Shown one piece after another: positions 1 to 13,059 of a stretch of DNA of 64,000 bases. Below the pieces are notes generated by a model that was not told the origin of the DNA, searched no databases, and saw only the letters and a program-made list of their open reading frames with translations. A program made the position numbers and the translations under genes. The DNA lies in NCBI GenBank assembly GCA_964016885.1, contig OZ024741.1, forward strand, positions 142,042,001 through 142,106,000, written 5' to 3'. Origin of the DNA: Eledone cirrhosa. Taxonomy: Eukaryota. Position 1 is the stretch's first letter, and each line of letters starts with the position of its first letter.

Positions 1-1
1 A

Positions 2-145
<144 letters not shown>

Positions 146-154
146 CATATATAC

Positions 155-185
<31 letters not shown>

Positions 186-689
186 CATATATATATATAC
201 ATATATATATATACATATATATATATACATATATATATATACATATATATATATATACATATATATAAGTATGTATACGTACATACATATATTATACAGA
301 CGTAGAGTAGTATGTATATATATACATACATGCACACATATATATGTACGTATGGATTTACCAAGCACTTATTATAATGTTGGTTTGTTTGTAAACAAAC
401 ATCCCGAATTAAGCCGTACAGTGTTTAGCAACTATCGTTGCCTTTTGTCCAACACTGACAGTTAAGTAACAGCCGTACTAAGAGTGAGAAATGAAATTTC
501 GTTTCATTTTTTCCATTATATATATATATATATATTGTTATACTTTGGGAGGGCCATGTTGCCAATAAGAAACACACGCACCAGTTGGTTTCACTTCAAA
601 TTATTATTTATTTATAAATTTACAAATTTATAAATTTATAAATTTCTGGTTGGTTGGTTGCTTCCGCAACCAGATAGTTGTTTATATAT

Positions 690-734
690 AGTCATAGTCC
701 TTTCGTCACACACTCTGTGACCTCTTCAGTGACT
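690..734 (-). ncRNA. Minimal type I hammerhead ribozyme-like motif (PLE-associated)
   Basis: Minus strand reads AGTCA CTGAAGA G GTCAC agagtgt GTGAC GAAA GGAC TA TGACT: stem I AGTCA/TGACT, stem II GTCAC/GTGAC, CUA triplet. The stem III palindrome is imperfect. Confidence 0.65.
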
Positions 735-949
735 GGGGATTCCTTTCTTTGTTTCTGTGCCTCTCCTTTCTCTGTCCTACGCCATTTTGTTTCTGTGTGT
801 GTGTTGTGTGGTCAGTTTGCGCATGCGTCACATCCGGGTGTCTGTGTGTGTTTATGTTCATTTATCTATTTGTTTATTTATTTATTTATTTATTTACATG
901 TTATTGGTTGGTTGATTGTTCTATGTGTGTGTGTGTTTTCATTTTGTCC

Positions 950-1340
950 TTAATTGTAAGTTGTGATGTTGCTGTTCCACTCATATTTTCTATTTAGTTT
1001 TGGTTGTAATTCTTTTATGTTTATTGCCTCTGTAATTTGTCTAAACATTGCATCTTTTCTGTGTGTAGATTCTATTTTTATTTCTATGTTCTCTAATTTA
1101 CCCTTGTGTTCTATCTTAGCATGTTGGTAGAGTACAGATGATTCTTTATTATCTTGAAGGTCTCGCCAGTGTTCATTTATCCGTTCCCCTATACTACGAG
1201 CTGTCTCACCTATGTACACTATATTTTTGTTTCTACATTGTCCTTCAGTACATCTTATGCTATACACTACATTTCTAGTTTTACAGTAAATATGGGGGCT
1301 TATTTTACAGGTTATACATTTCTTATCTATGCATGAGGGA
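950..1340 (-). pseudogene. GIY-YIG endonuclease domain, 5'-truncated
   Basis: VVY...YIGET motifs. The N-terminal part of the called ORF (1341-1522) is CRE tail plus (TA)n and is not coding. Confidence 0.8.
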
Positions 1341-1404
1341 CGTTTGTCCACCCCTTTCGCCAGCCTTTTGTTGTATGTGATCTTAGATGTATGTATTACC
1401 TGTA

Positions 1405-1460
<56 letters not shown>

Positions 1461-1480
1461 CATAATACATATATATATAT

Positions 1481-1553
<73 letters not shown>

Positions 1554-1668
1554 GATAGATAGATAGAGAGATAGAGAGAGAGAAAGACAGAAAGAGAGAG
1601 ATAGATGCAAAGAATTATTCATTATATACGCATACACTATACATTATATACTACATTTACATACATAT

Positions 1669-1756
<88 letters not shown>

Positions 1757-1797
1757 AGTCGTTCATTGACATAAATTCAATAACCACTAAAACAGTT

Positions 1798-1909
1798 TCC
1801 CCGGTGGCACAAACGGTTAGCGCGCCGTACTTATAGACAGAACCTTCTTTGTGATAATCACATGATGGAAGATATGCGGAGGTTGTGAGTTCGAGCCTCA
1901 CCCAGGGCA
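1798..1909 (+). tRNA. tRNA-Ile(TAT) with intron, G1>T variant (possibly pseudogene)
   Basis: TCCCCGGTGGCACAAACGGTTAGCGCGCCGTACTTATA, 38-nt intron, ATGCGGAGGTTGTGAGTTCGAGCCTCACCCAGGGCA, then T-run terminator. Confidence 0.7.
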
Positions 1910-2189
1910 GATAATCTTTTTCATTTTTTTTCATCTAAGCAGCCATCTATATTAGTTATTTATCAAATTTCCTGTTTGCATCCATCTTGCATCCACACAC
2001 ACATATATATGGGAGCTGTATTACAAACACTACTGGCCTTTCTGTCCAGGACAAGACAATATTTTATCAGCCAGTCCCTATAAACATTCTACAATACTCA
2101 ATGAAGTATTGGTCCCAAAATAATGAAGAAGGATATCAACAGCAGCAACATTTGAACACAAAACAATGAAAGACACTCCACCGATGTTT

Positions 2190-2520
2190 CAACATATACA
2201 TATACAGCAGGTACGAACACAAAGGAAACAAACTCCCACAGTCACTATCACTGTCTCTGTCTCTCCTGCACTCCCAATCTCTCACTATTAGGAGCAAATA
2301 GGGACCCACGCACTGGCTGCCCCGGCGGAGAGAATAGAGAAGGCGTTTCCCCGAGGATTGCGATGTAAACGCGTTGGAAGAACCATTCCATTTCGCGAGG
2401 CTCACACCTGTGCGTAGCCAACTCTGCGCCGATGGTGGTGAGCAGGGAGTTGGCCCTAGCGCCGAGGACACCAGAAGTCTCCACTGTTACTGGCAGTGAA
2501 AAGGGGAGTAAGTTCCATTC
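2190..2520 (-). mobile_element. CRE-like non-LTR retrotransposon 3' fragment (RLE domain C-terminus), family B
   Basis: LPVTVETSGVLG...EPREMEWFFQRV.IAIL, and in another copy ILRENAFSILS. Copies at about 18198-18319, 19115-19440, 21640-21965 and 43420-43745. Confidence 0.65.
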
Positions 2521-2648
2521 AAATAAAAGGTTAAAAAGTAAAAGTAAAAATGCACAAACATACACTATATTTGAAGATTATTTCTCTCTTTAATCCGACA
2601 GAATGAATGATTTATAATTGATGCATTAAGTATGTTTAAATTTCGTCA

Positions 2649-2692
2649 AATATTACCGGTTTCGATTGGTTTCATCAAACTTATCAAATATT
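2649..2692 (-). ncRNA. Hammerhead-like motif with U3-A8 core, family 2
   Basis: AATAT TTGATAA GTTTG atgaaac CAATC GAAA CCGG TA ATATT. Copies at 19567-19610, 22097-22139 and 43877-43919 (stem II GATTG/CAATT in the last two). Confidence 0.55.
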
Positions 2693-2725
2693 AATATTAA
2701 ATTTTTAAAAAAGTGTTCTAATATA

Positions 2726-3176
2726 TTCTGTGAGCAGTTTGAACATATATGAATTTTCTATCAAACTTTTTTCTGATATAGGTGTGATGGTGAATGAGGA
2801 AGTGGTATTTAACAGGTCAGGATTCCATCTAATTAACTTGGTTAAACTAGAAAATTATTTTACTATTCATAGTAATGGCCCAAGTGGCTTTTTGAAGAGT
2901 ATGTTTTTAGCTTTTTTTTGCTACTTTACCCCTGCAACACCGACCTTTTGACATCAAATTTTGACACGATTAAACTCCATCTACTTATTCACACTAAACA
3001 CACACTCATCAAAATGCCACTTGGACGATTACTATGAATAGTAAAATAATTTTCTAGTTTAATCAAGTGAATTCGATGGAATCCTGACCTGTTAAATACC
3101 ACTTCAACATTTACCACCACACACATAAGAAGAAAGTTTGATAGAAAATTCATATATGTTCAAACTGATCACAGAA
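2726..3176. repeat. Imperfect inverted repeat, about 185-bp arms with about 80-bp spacer
   Basis: ttctgtgagcagtttgaacatatatgaattttctatcaaac... mirrored by ...gtttgatagaaaattcatatatgttcaaactgatcacagaa. Repeated at about 19644-20096. Only the right arm remains in units 3 and 4. Confidence 0.85.
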
Positions 3177-3318
3177 ATTTATTATACTTATTCACCAACC
3201 AACCAAATTACTTCTCTAAAAACCTAGCATTTCGAGCCACTTTTTTCCATATAAAACAGAAGTAACATTCAAACACCAACCAGATGTGAGAAAAACCACA
3301 AACCCTCCAACTCAATTC

Positions 3319-3358
3319 TACTTTTGAAAAGCACAAGAACTGCGAAACCGGTAAAGGA
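3319..3358 (+). ncRNA. Hammerhead-like motif with U3-A8 core, family 3
   Basis: TACTT TTGAAAA GCA caagaac TGC GAAA CCGG TA AAGGA. Copies at 20241-20280, 40162-40201 and 62990-63029. Confidence 0.55.
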
Positions 3359-3445
3359 ACCAAATAGATATATTTAAAAAAAAAAGATCCCAGTTGCATT
3401 TTTGATTTCATTTTTTTCCCTTATATATATATATATATATGTATA

Positions 3446-3485
<40 letters not shown>

Positions 3486-3535
3486 GGGGGGGGAGGAGAG
3501 AGAGAATTAGTCGTTTATTGACATAAATTTAATAA

Positions 3536-3638
3536 GCACAATCGGTTAACACTCCGGACTTCTAGACATTACCTACTTTGTGTTGATCACATGACGGGAG
3601 ATATGTGGAGGTTGTGAGTTCGAGCCTCACCCAGGGCA
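3536..3638 (+). pseudogene. tRNA-Ile(TAT)-derived pseudogene, 5' acceptor strand deleted, anticodon TCT
   Basis: Starts at GCACAATCGG. Intron and 3' exon retained. Confidence 0.8.
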
Positions 3639-3962
3639 GATATACTTCCTTTTTTTTTCATTTAAGCAGCCATCTATATTAATTACTTATCAAATTTCCT
3701 GATATATGTATGTATATATAGAGTGAACAATTTTTTGCATCTCTCTTTCTCTCCGTCCCCCACTCTCTCTGTGCGCGTGTGTGCGTGGTATTTTTTATTT
3801 TGTCATCATTTAAGCAGTCATCTATATTAGTTATTTATCAAATTTCCTGATTGCATCCATCTTGTAAAGTTGAATATTTATTACTTATGTATAATTAGTA
3901 TTTAAAAATTCTTTCACACACACACACGCGCACACACACACGCACGCACACACACACACACG

Positions 3963-4047
<85 letters not shown>

Positions 4048-4050
4048 ACA

Positions 4051-4158
<108 letters not shown>

Positions 4159-4696
4159 TATGTACAATACTGGCCTTTCTGTTCAGGACCAAATAATATT
4201 TCATCAACCACCCCCTATGAACAATACTCAATACTCAATGAAGTATTGGTCCCAAAATAATGAAGAAGGATATCAACAACAGCGAAATTTGAACACAAAA
4301 CAATGAAAGACACTCTACCGACTTTTACCAACCACTATCTATTTAGAGAATTTATACCCCCCCCCCCCACATACTGACCCAGGCTGTGTTTGTATTCGCA
4401 ACACCCAAATAAACAACTGGTGTGTAAAACACAAATACTAATCATAGATATGTAATAAATATACAGCTTTTACAAGATGGATGCAATCAGGAAATTTGAT
4501 AAATAACTAATATAGATGACTGCTTAAATGAAAAAAAAAAAAAAATACCACGCACACACGCGCACAGAGAGAGTGGGGGACGAAGAGACAGAGAGATGCA
4601 AAAAATTGTTCACTCTATATATACATACATATATCAGGAAATTTGATAAGTAATTAATATAGATGGCTGCTTAAATGAAAAAAAAGGAAGTATATC

Positions 4697-4799
4697 TGAC
4701 CTGGGTGATGCTCGAACTCACAAGCTCCACATATCTCCCGTCATGTGATTAACACAAGGAAGGTAATGTCTATAAGTACGGAGTGCTAACCGATTGTGC
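4697..4799 (-). pseudogene. tRNA-Ile(TAT) pseudogene, 5' deleted
   Basis: Inverted copy of the 3536-type unit with its flanks. Confidence 0.8.
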
Positions 4800-4911
4800 T
4801 TATTAAATTTATGTCAATAAACGACTAACTCTCTTTCTATCTCTCTCTACCCCCCCCCCTCTCCGAACAACTTTTGCATCTCTCTTTCTACCCTCTTCTC
4901 TCTACCTTCCC

Positions 4912-4962
<51 letters not shown>

Positions 4963-4967
<5 letters not shown>

Positions 4968-5167
4968 TAAACGGAATAGAAAATGTTGACAAATTGTTCA
5001 CAGTTGAAAAATGGTTTAATTAGGAATAAAAGAGTATTAGTAATTGTATGGGTTAGTATTCAGTTGTGGTTTTAAGTTTTTAAGTTTTTACCGGTTGCGC
5101 ATTTCTAAATGCTTTTCAAAAATAATTTTGAGATAGAGTGTCCTTAGAAATGACTCCTTCACAACAA

Positions 5168-5209
<42 letters not shown>

Positions 5210-5501
5210 TAGTAGTAAGGTGTTCGATGTTGTGATAATGGTTAGCAGGGATGTGTGTCAAATGGCTATTAAGATAAGTGTATGTGTGTGTGTGTATGTG
5301 TGTGTATATAGCAGAGTAATTTGTGGTAACACACACACATACACACGCGTACATTAACATACAAAGAGACTTATACACACACACACACACTTCTCCGTAT
5401 AAGACAAAAGCTGAAAAATATCTTTTGACATGCTAAAATACCCCCCCACTGCTTACAGACACATTCCTACTGACCATCCCTGCTACCACGAATTACTCTG
5501 C

Positions 5502-5581
<80 letters not shown>

Positions 5582-5890
5582 TTGTTGTGAAGGAGTGATT
5601 TCTCAGTCTTGGCGCAAAATCAAACACCAAGTAGCGCTGGAGCCACTTTTTTAACATAAAAACAGTCTTGGCGCAAAATCAATTTTTTACATTCACATGA
5701 CCTCTACCGACCAATCAAAATTGTTTTGACCACAAGAATTTTTGCAACACCAAAGTAGCGCTGGAGCCACTTTTTTAACATAAAAACAGGTAGAATTTCC
5801 AAAACTAATCAGATCAGAGCAAACAATACGGACACTCTATCTCAAAATTATTTTGAAAAGCATTTAGAAATGCGCAACCGGTAAAAACTA
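4963..5890. mobile_element. Fold-back element (hammerhead-relic family 4), rearranged copy
   Basis: attggtaaacggaatagaaaatg... arm and its reverse complement. The centre is inverted relative to the copy at 40952-42168. Confidence 0.6.
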
Positions 5891-5919
5891 AGGTACTGTC
5901 TATAAGTACGGCGCGCTAA

Positions 5920-6355
5920 TACTGTAGGATGTTTGATTCTTCGTCATTTTGTCATGTTGTGGAAAGCGTTGTAAGCTTAATTAATTGTTTCCTAATTTAT
6001 AAATCCACCATTCCAATGAGGAGTGGCTGTGTGAAAGAGCAATCCTTGTCCTCCAAAACATCACAGTGAATGCCATCAATAAAATCGCTCACACGTGATC
6101 CCTGGAGGTAGCCAGACCTATAAATCTATCGACAATATTTTATCATTTTCCTAGGATACATTTTTCTATTATTTTCTTTATTACTTTCTGTATGAAGATA
6201 TTCTGAATATTTAAAAATAAATTATGTTATGCAATATTTAAATACCTTTTAACGCCTTTTATTCCAAGGAAAATGGACATTAAGACAGTTGACAATGTGC
6301 CTTATAAATAGATCTGAGCACAGTACAGACCGGGGCGAAATTCGGGAGACCGCTA

Positions 6356-6356
<1 letters not shown>
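5920..6356 (+). mobile_element. Helitron 3' remnant (PIF1-like helicase fragment plus hairpin-CTAG end)
   Basis: Reads NEEWLCERAILVLQNITVNAINKI and IPGGSQTYKSID. Ends ccggggcgaaattcgggagaccgCTAG|T. Copies end at 24936 and 46728. Confidence 0.7.
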
Positions 6357-6410
<54 letters not shown>

Positions 6411-6792
6411 ATTATAATAATAATAATAATAATAATTATTATTATTATGTAATAAACAACACAATACAATTATTCCATTTACCAAAGGTTTCACGAAGAC
6501 AGGCGACCTGAAGAGAGGTGTCCGAAGTCGTTCATTAGAAAGGAAAATTTAATATGGATGTGAGATATAGAATTAAAAACAAAAGCTATTACAATTGAAA
6601 ACGAAGCTGAAATAAGATTAAAAAATAATAAAATAATTAAATTAAATTAAATAACGCGAAAAAAAAATATATATATACACACACAGACGCAGGACATAAG
6701 GTTAGGGGGTAAAAATATTTACACACATATATAGCTCTGTACCTTACATAGAGCAATCTTCCTTCCTTTACCTTTTCTACGAAAACACGCAC

Positions 6793-6911
<119 letters not shown>

Positions 6912-6997
6912 CATAGAGAGAGAGAGAGAGGGAGGAGGGAGAGATATGCACAGCAACTCGATTAGTTCTTGCTATATGGCAGATACAACTTCGATTC

Positions 6998-7057
<60 letters not shown>

Positions 7058-7140
7058 TACAAATATTAATAAAATGGATGTTCCTTTGATCAATTAATTC
7101 TTTAGTTCTATTCATTACTCATGAAGAACCTTGGAAGAAT

Positions 7141-7720
7141 ATTAATACAAGCTGAAAACGCTCAAGCTCGCGGGGGAATCTCCATTTCATTAATATACCC
7201 AGTCTGCATGCCACCAGGCATCGAGTACTACACGAAAAAATACAAACACGTGGCGTGGGACAGTGCAATGATCTCAGCCTTCGAATTCACCATTCTATAT
7301 GTCAGCATCAATCGCACTCACTGTGGATGCCTCTAATACAGCTGTTGGTGTTGTTTTGGAACAACACATCAATGGTCAGTGGCGACCTCTAGTTTTCTGC
7401 AGTCGACAACTGCGACCAACTGAACAGAAATATAATACTTTCGACAGGGAATTGTTAGTCGCTCATTTAGGTGTCTGATATTTTCGTTACTTTTTGGAAA
7501 TTCGATGTTTACAGACCTCAAACCACTTAACTTCGCTATCAACAAGCTATCGAAGCCATAGTCTGCACGTCAACAACGGCAGTTATCAGCCATTTATGAG
7601 TACACTACTAACATTCAGCGCATATCTGGAGAAAGCAACCCAGTTGCTGATGCACTCTCCAGAGCCTCTATTGACTCTGACACCTACATACTCTCAATAA
7701 CTGAAGGTCTTGACTATGAG
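7141..7720 (+). mobile_element. Ty3/gypsy RNase H fragment (local tandem duplicate)
   Basis: TVDASNTAVGVVLEQHINGQWRPLVFCSRQLRPTEQKYNTFDRELL. Part of the duplication 6585-7720 / 7721-9340. Confidence 0.85.
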
Positions 7721-7921
7721 CTATTACAATTGAAAACGAAGCTGAAATAAGATTAAAAAATAATAAAATAATAAAATAAAATAAAATAACGCGAAAAAAA
7801 AAATATATACACACACAGAGGCAGGACATAAGGTTAGGGGGTAAAAATATTTACACACATATATAGCTCTGGACCTTACATAGAGCACTCTTCCTTCCTT
7901 TACCTTTTCTACGGAAACACG

Positions 7922-7975
<54 letters not shown>

Positions 7976-7976
7976 C

Positions 7977-8013
<37 letters not shown>

Positions 8014-8080
8014 GAGGAGGGAGAGATATGCACAAACAACTCGATTAGTTCTTGCTATATGGCAGCTACAACTTCGATTC

Positions 8081-8632
<552 letters not shown>

Positions 8633-8634
8633 AT

Positions 8635-8726
<92 letters not shown>

Positions 8727-8760
8727 TACAAATATTAATAAAATAGATGTTCTTTTGATC

Positions 8761-10827
8761 AATACAAGCTGAAAACGCTCAAGCTCGCGGGGGAATCTCC
8801 ACTTCATTAATATACCCAGTCTGCATGCCACCAGGTATCGAGTACTACTCGAAAAAATACAAACACGTGGCGTGGGACAGTGCAATGATCTCAGCCTTCG
8901 AATTCACCATTCTATATGTCAGCATCAATCGCACTCACTGTGGATGCCTCTAATACAGCTGTTGGAGTTGTTTTGGAACAACACATCAATGGTCAGTGGC
9001 GACCTCTAGTTTTCTGCAGTCGACAACTGCGACCAACTGAACAGAAATATAATACTTTCGACAGGGAATTGTTAGTCGCTCATTTAGGTGTCTGATATTT
9101 TCGTTACTTTTTGGAAATTCGATGTTTACAGACCTCAAACCACTTAACTTCGCTATCAACAAGCTATCGAAGCCATAGTCTGCACGTCAACAACGGCAGT
9201 TATAAGCCATTTATGAGTACACTACTAACATTCAGCGCATATCTGGAGAAAGCAACCCAGTTGCTGATGCACTCTCCAGAGCCTCTATTGACTCTGACAC
9301 CTACATACTCTCAATAACTGAAGGTCTTGACTATGAGGCTATGGTCGTAGCTCACCAAACAGATGATGACGTCAGGGCCTACCGCATCGCTGTCAATTCC
9401 CTTTCCTTGCATTTTAGTTCCAACAGAACAACCCTCCTTTGCGATGTATCCACCGAGAAACCACGACCAATCGCTCCATTAGCTTGGCGTCGAAAATATT
9501 TTTACACCATTCTCAGACTCTCCCATCATGGTACCAGAGCCACACGGCACCAGATGTCGTGCAAATTATCCTGGCATGGTATGGTCAAGCAAATTGGGAA
9601 TGGATAAAAGCCTGTATTCCCTGCCAACAAACCAAAATCCATTAGCATACCAAAGCACCTCTCAGCAGCTATGAACTTCCATAGGCCCATTTTGGCTATA
9701 TCAACTTCACCTCGCTGGCCCCATACCAACTTTGTTGGGTTGCTCATGCCTACTGATCATTGTGGGCCGCTTCACTCGTTGGCCTGAGGCCGTACATCTC
9801 CGCAGCATGGAATCACAAGAAATCACCCGCGCCTTCGTTACGAGCCGGGTCGCTCGTTTCGGTCTCTCAGATAGCATCTTATCCGACCGCGGATCTCAAT
9901 TAACCTAGAAGCTGTGGAATGAGATGTGTGAACTTTTTGGCATCAACACGAAACACAAAACAGCCTATCATTCCCAGGCCACTGGCTTAGGGTAGAGATC
10001 TCACTGCTTCTTAAGGAAATCCTTCATCACTAGACTTAATGGGTCTAACTGTATCAACCAGCTTCCATAGGTAATGCTGGGAATCCGCACTGCCACAAAG
10101 GAAGACCCAAATACTTCTTCTGCAGAAATAGTTTACGGCGCTCTGCTCACTGTACAGGAAGAATTCAGTCCAAACACGAAGTCAGACCAAAAAGTATCTT
10201 GAACAGCTGAGAGACAACATGGGCCAATTACACCCTACTCCCACGTCAACGCATGGTAAACCAAGGTCCTCTGTACCAAATCACCTCTAAAAGGCGAAGT
10301 TTGTTTTCATTCGTCGTGATGCACGGTGAAAACACCTTCAGCCACCCTATGATGGACCATACGAGGTGATTCTACCAGGAGACAAGTCATTTTAACTCTG
10401 GTTGGAGGACGAGAGGACACGGTTTCCATCGATAGATTGAAACCAGCCCATCCTGACATTGGCAGTCCCGTTCAAGTAGCTCAACTACAAAACAAAGGGC
10501 GTCCTAGTCAAGTCACTCCGATCCCTGACGACGAACAGTCGCCAAAGAGCCAACTGCACGCACGGATCGGGTGGTAAAAACACCTTATCGGTTTTAATGA
10601 CAATCAACAGTTATGAGGGGGGGGGGGGGCTATGTAGAGCATTAACCACGAGCTTGTAAAAGACGAACTTGTTATTGAACTGGTCAGGAGAAAACAGACT
10701 TCCAGTGAGGCGGGTAACAAGACCTGAACTTTAGGAATAGATTACTCATTCTTACGTTTGCCAATGCTTGTCACCCAACAGTTCAACAAATCGCAGTTTG
10801 TTTTTATTTTGCATTTAGTTAACTACA
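8761..10827 (+). mobile_element. Decayed Ty3/gypsy LTR retrotransposon 3' half (RNase H, integrase, PPT, 3' LTR)
   Basis: RNase H DAS motif; integrase IVGRFTRWPEAV...ARFG...SDRGSQ; PPYDGPYEV; polypurine tract 10616-10629; LTR TGTAG(10633)...CTACA(10827). Many stops and frameshifts. Confidence 0.88.
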
Positions 10828-11014
10828 CGAGGCAATGTTATTTTAGTTATTTAATAATAGTTCATTGATTATTTTTACGACTATCAAATTGTTCTCACCA
10901 TTTATAGGATAAAATGTATCATTGTGTTTAGATTTCGATTTCCAGTTATACTTAGTTGATTTTCTATTTCTATATCCCGTACGTTACAACACCTCATCCA
11001 CAACTGCATACATT

Positions 11015-11460
11015 TCTTCTTCTTCTTCTTTTTCTTCTTCTTCTTCTTCTTCTTCTTCTTCTTCTTCTTCTTCTTCTTCTTCTTCTTCTTCTTCTTCTTC
11101 TTCTTCTTCCAGTGGGTCCTATCAGAAGCAACCATCTCCAAGTGATCCCCAAGCGAGATCAGCCAATCTCACGGATGTTATCCATCTTGCTCGGAGTCTA
11201 CCCCTGGGTCGCCTGCCAGTTGGTTTTGCCTGTAAAATCTGACCAGCGATTCTTTCCTGAGACATTCTAACCACATGCCTATAGTATCGGAGCTGTGATC
11301 TCTCAATTCGGAGAAATAGCGGCTCTACCTGGAGTGACTCTCTGATCTCCGAGTTACGCACTTTATCGAGTACCGTTACACCATAGACTCTTCGGAGGAA
11401 TCCCATTTCGGTAGCTTGTATTCGCGATCGTATTTTTTCTGTCATTATCCATAACTGCAT
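11015..11460 (-). mobile_element. RTE-clade LINE 3' fragment with (GAA)n tail
   Basis: WIMTEKIRSRIQATEMGFLRRVYGVTVLDKVRNSEIRE...GRRPRGR..RW followed by (AAG)n. Confidence 0.85.
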
Positions 11461-11899
11461 ACACTCATACGTTCATCCTTTCACTAATCACCACACAGCT
11501 CCGTCACCAAATTATACATTGCTTTATACAGACACCTCACATCTATCACATTATCTATCCACCCATTCACTCAACACTACATCCATCCACACATCATTTC
11601 ACATACCATCCCATCACTTTATCCCCCTTTTACATCCTTTTACTTAGTCCCCATCTCTTTATTCATATACCACCACTTCAACCACTTACCCATCAGTTCA
11701 TCCACATAGCCAATTCTCTCTTAAATCACAACCGTCTGTATTGAGAAAGAAAGTATGTATTGTATAATGAAGTCCTAGATATAATATAGTTTAGAAAAAT
11801 AAGTCTTTCATCTTGTGTGCTAACCTGGGCCTAAACAACAATATAAATAAAATAGTAAGTCAGAAATGTTTTCGATTTGAAATTAAAACTGCGTCGATA

Positions 11900-12164
11900 T
11901 TTCCAGAATTTACATTCTGCGTGTTCCAGTTGTTCGAACTATGGAACAACCTGTTTGTGAAATTAGCGTGCAAGTGGCTGAACATTCCACTGACACGTGG
12001 TTCTTGTGGAGATTCTGCAGGTTCTTTTGAATTACAAGTACAACTCATTTTTGCCAGCCGATTGGACTGGAGCAGGGTGAAATAAGATTTCTTGCGTCAG
12101 CAGGACTGGAATTTACGACCTTATCTGTCAGCTGAATCCCTAACAACTAAGCCACGTGCCTTCA
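11900..12164 (-). mobile_element. tRNA-derived SINE (CORE-like, octopus OR-type), degenerate
   Basis: Minus strand gaaggcacgtggcttagttgttaggg...gcaagaaatcttatttcac...ggctggcaaaaatgagt. Copies at about 29250-29511 and 49990-50249. Confidence 0.55.
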
Positions 12165-12270
12165 CTTTCCATTCTACATCACACCACGTTCTCTACCACT
12201 TAAGTAGTAAAATCGTTTAGTCCGCCATATCTTAGACATTTTATATATACTTTTTATGTATATTAGCAAG

Positions 12271-12305
12271 TTCGGAGGTTGTGTCTTCGAGCCTCACCTA
12301 GGGCA
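12271..12305 (+). pseudogene. tRNA-Ile 3'-exon relic
   Basis: ttcggaggttgtgtcttcgagcctcacctagggca plus T-run. Copies at 29618-29652 and 50356-50390. Confidence 0.6.
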
Positions 12306-12710
12306 GTAGTATTTTCCTTTTTCTTTTTCTTTAATGTTAGTAAATATAGTTAATAGATTATTAATATGGTAATCAGTTTTATTTCACAATTTATAGAATG
12401 AGATATATCCGTGTGTTTAGGTTTCGATTTCTACTTGTACTGATTTCACTTGACTCACAACACACGGGTATCTAATATCTCTTCTATCATGGCTTCTCAT
12501 CAACTCATCAACCAGGGACCTCGTTTGCCTTAGAAATGTGAGGGGGACAAACTAACATGAATCTTAACGGAGCATGTCAGTATTGCTAATGGTGCCTTTC
12601 CCGGACCCTATCACATAAGTAAAATTTTACGCTAATTAAATTTTGTATATTCAAATGAATTTCAGATATAAAAAGATAAGCTTAAAAAAAATTATTATAT
12701 CAAATAAATA

Positions 12711-12900
12711 AGGGCGATGGGTTGGCAGTATCAGTAGAGGGTCAGACGCCATGCTTTGACGCAAAGAGTTACGTCCCTTTGTGATCTGAGTTCAAATCCC
12801 GCCGAGGTTAACTTTGCCTTTCATCCTTACGGGATCGATAAAATAAAGTACCAGTAATGTACTGGGTTATTGCTGGCTTTGTGCCAAAAGTAGAAACAAT
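12711..12900 (+). mobile_element. tRNA-derived SINE (octopus OK-type)
   Basis: A box tggcagtatcagtag, B box gagttcaaatcc, core aactttgcctttcatccttacgggatcgataaaataaagtaccag. Copies at about 30062-30247 and 50800-50985. Confidence 0.7.
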
Positions 12901-13059
12901 TATATCAAATAAACAAAAAATAAAATATAGACGTTTGAAAAAGTGGTGGTGGTGGTGGTGGTGGTGGTGGTGGTGGACTTGTCCCCTGGTACACCCCCCC
13001 CCCCGAAACAAGGCCCTTGTCATCAACCCACACTTTTATCCGCATATGATATATTAGTT

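Larger units (their letters stand above)
536..1340 (-). mobile_element. Penelope-like element 3' fragment (GIY-YIG endonuclease C-terminus plus 3' pLTR-like region)
   Basis: ORF 950-1522(-) contains CxxC...VVYSIRC...[17 protein letters not shown]...LYQH...EH...RQITEA...PKLN, the GIY-YIG pattern of PLEs. A hammerhead motif lies downstream. The segment is absent at the equivalent sites near 33370 and 56307. Confidence 0.8.

Noticed and set aside
269-515. Repeated 250-bp segment with small hairpins (also at 33121 and 56058)
   Set aside because: No ribozyme core, RNA gene or credible ORF recognised; left unassigned.
11813-12085. Conserved 90-aa and 62-aa ORFs in three units
   Set aside because: They overlap a SINE, and the conservation reflects recent duplication only.
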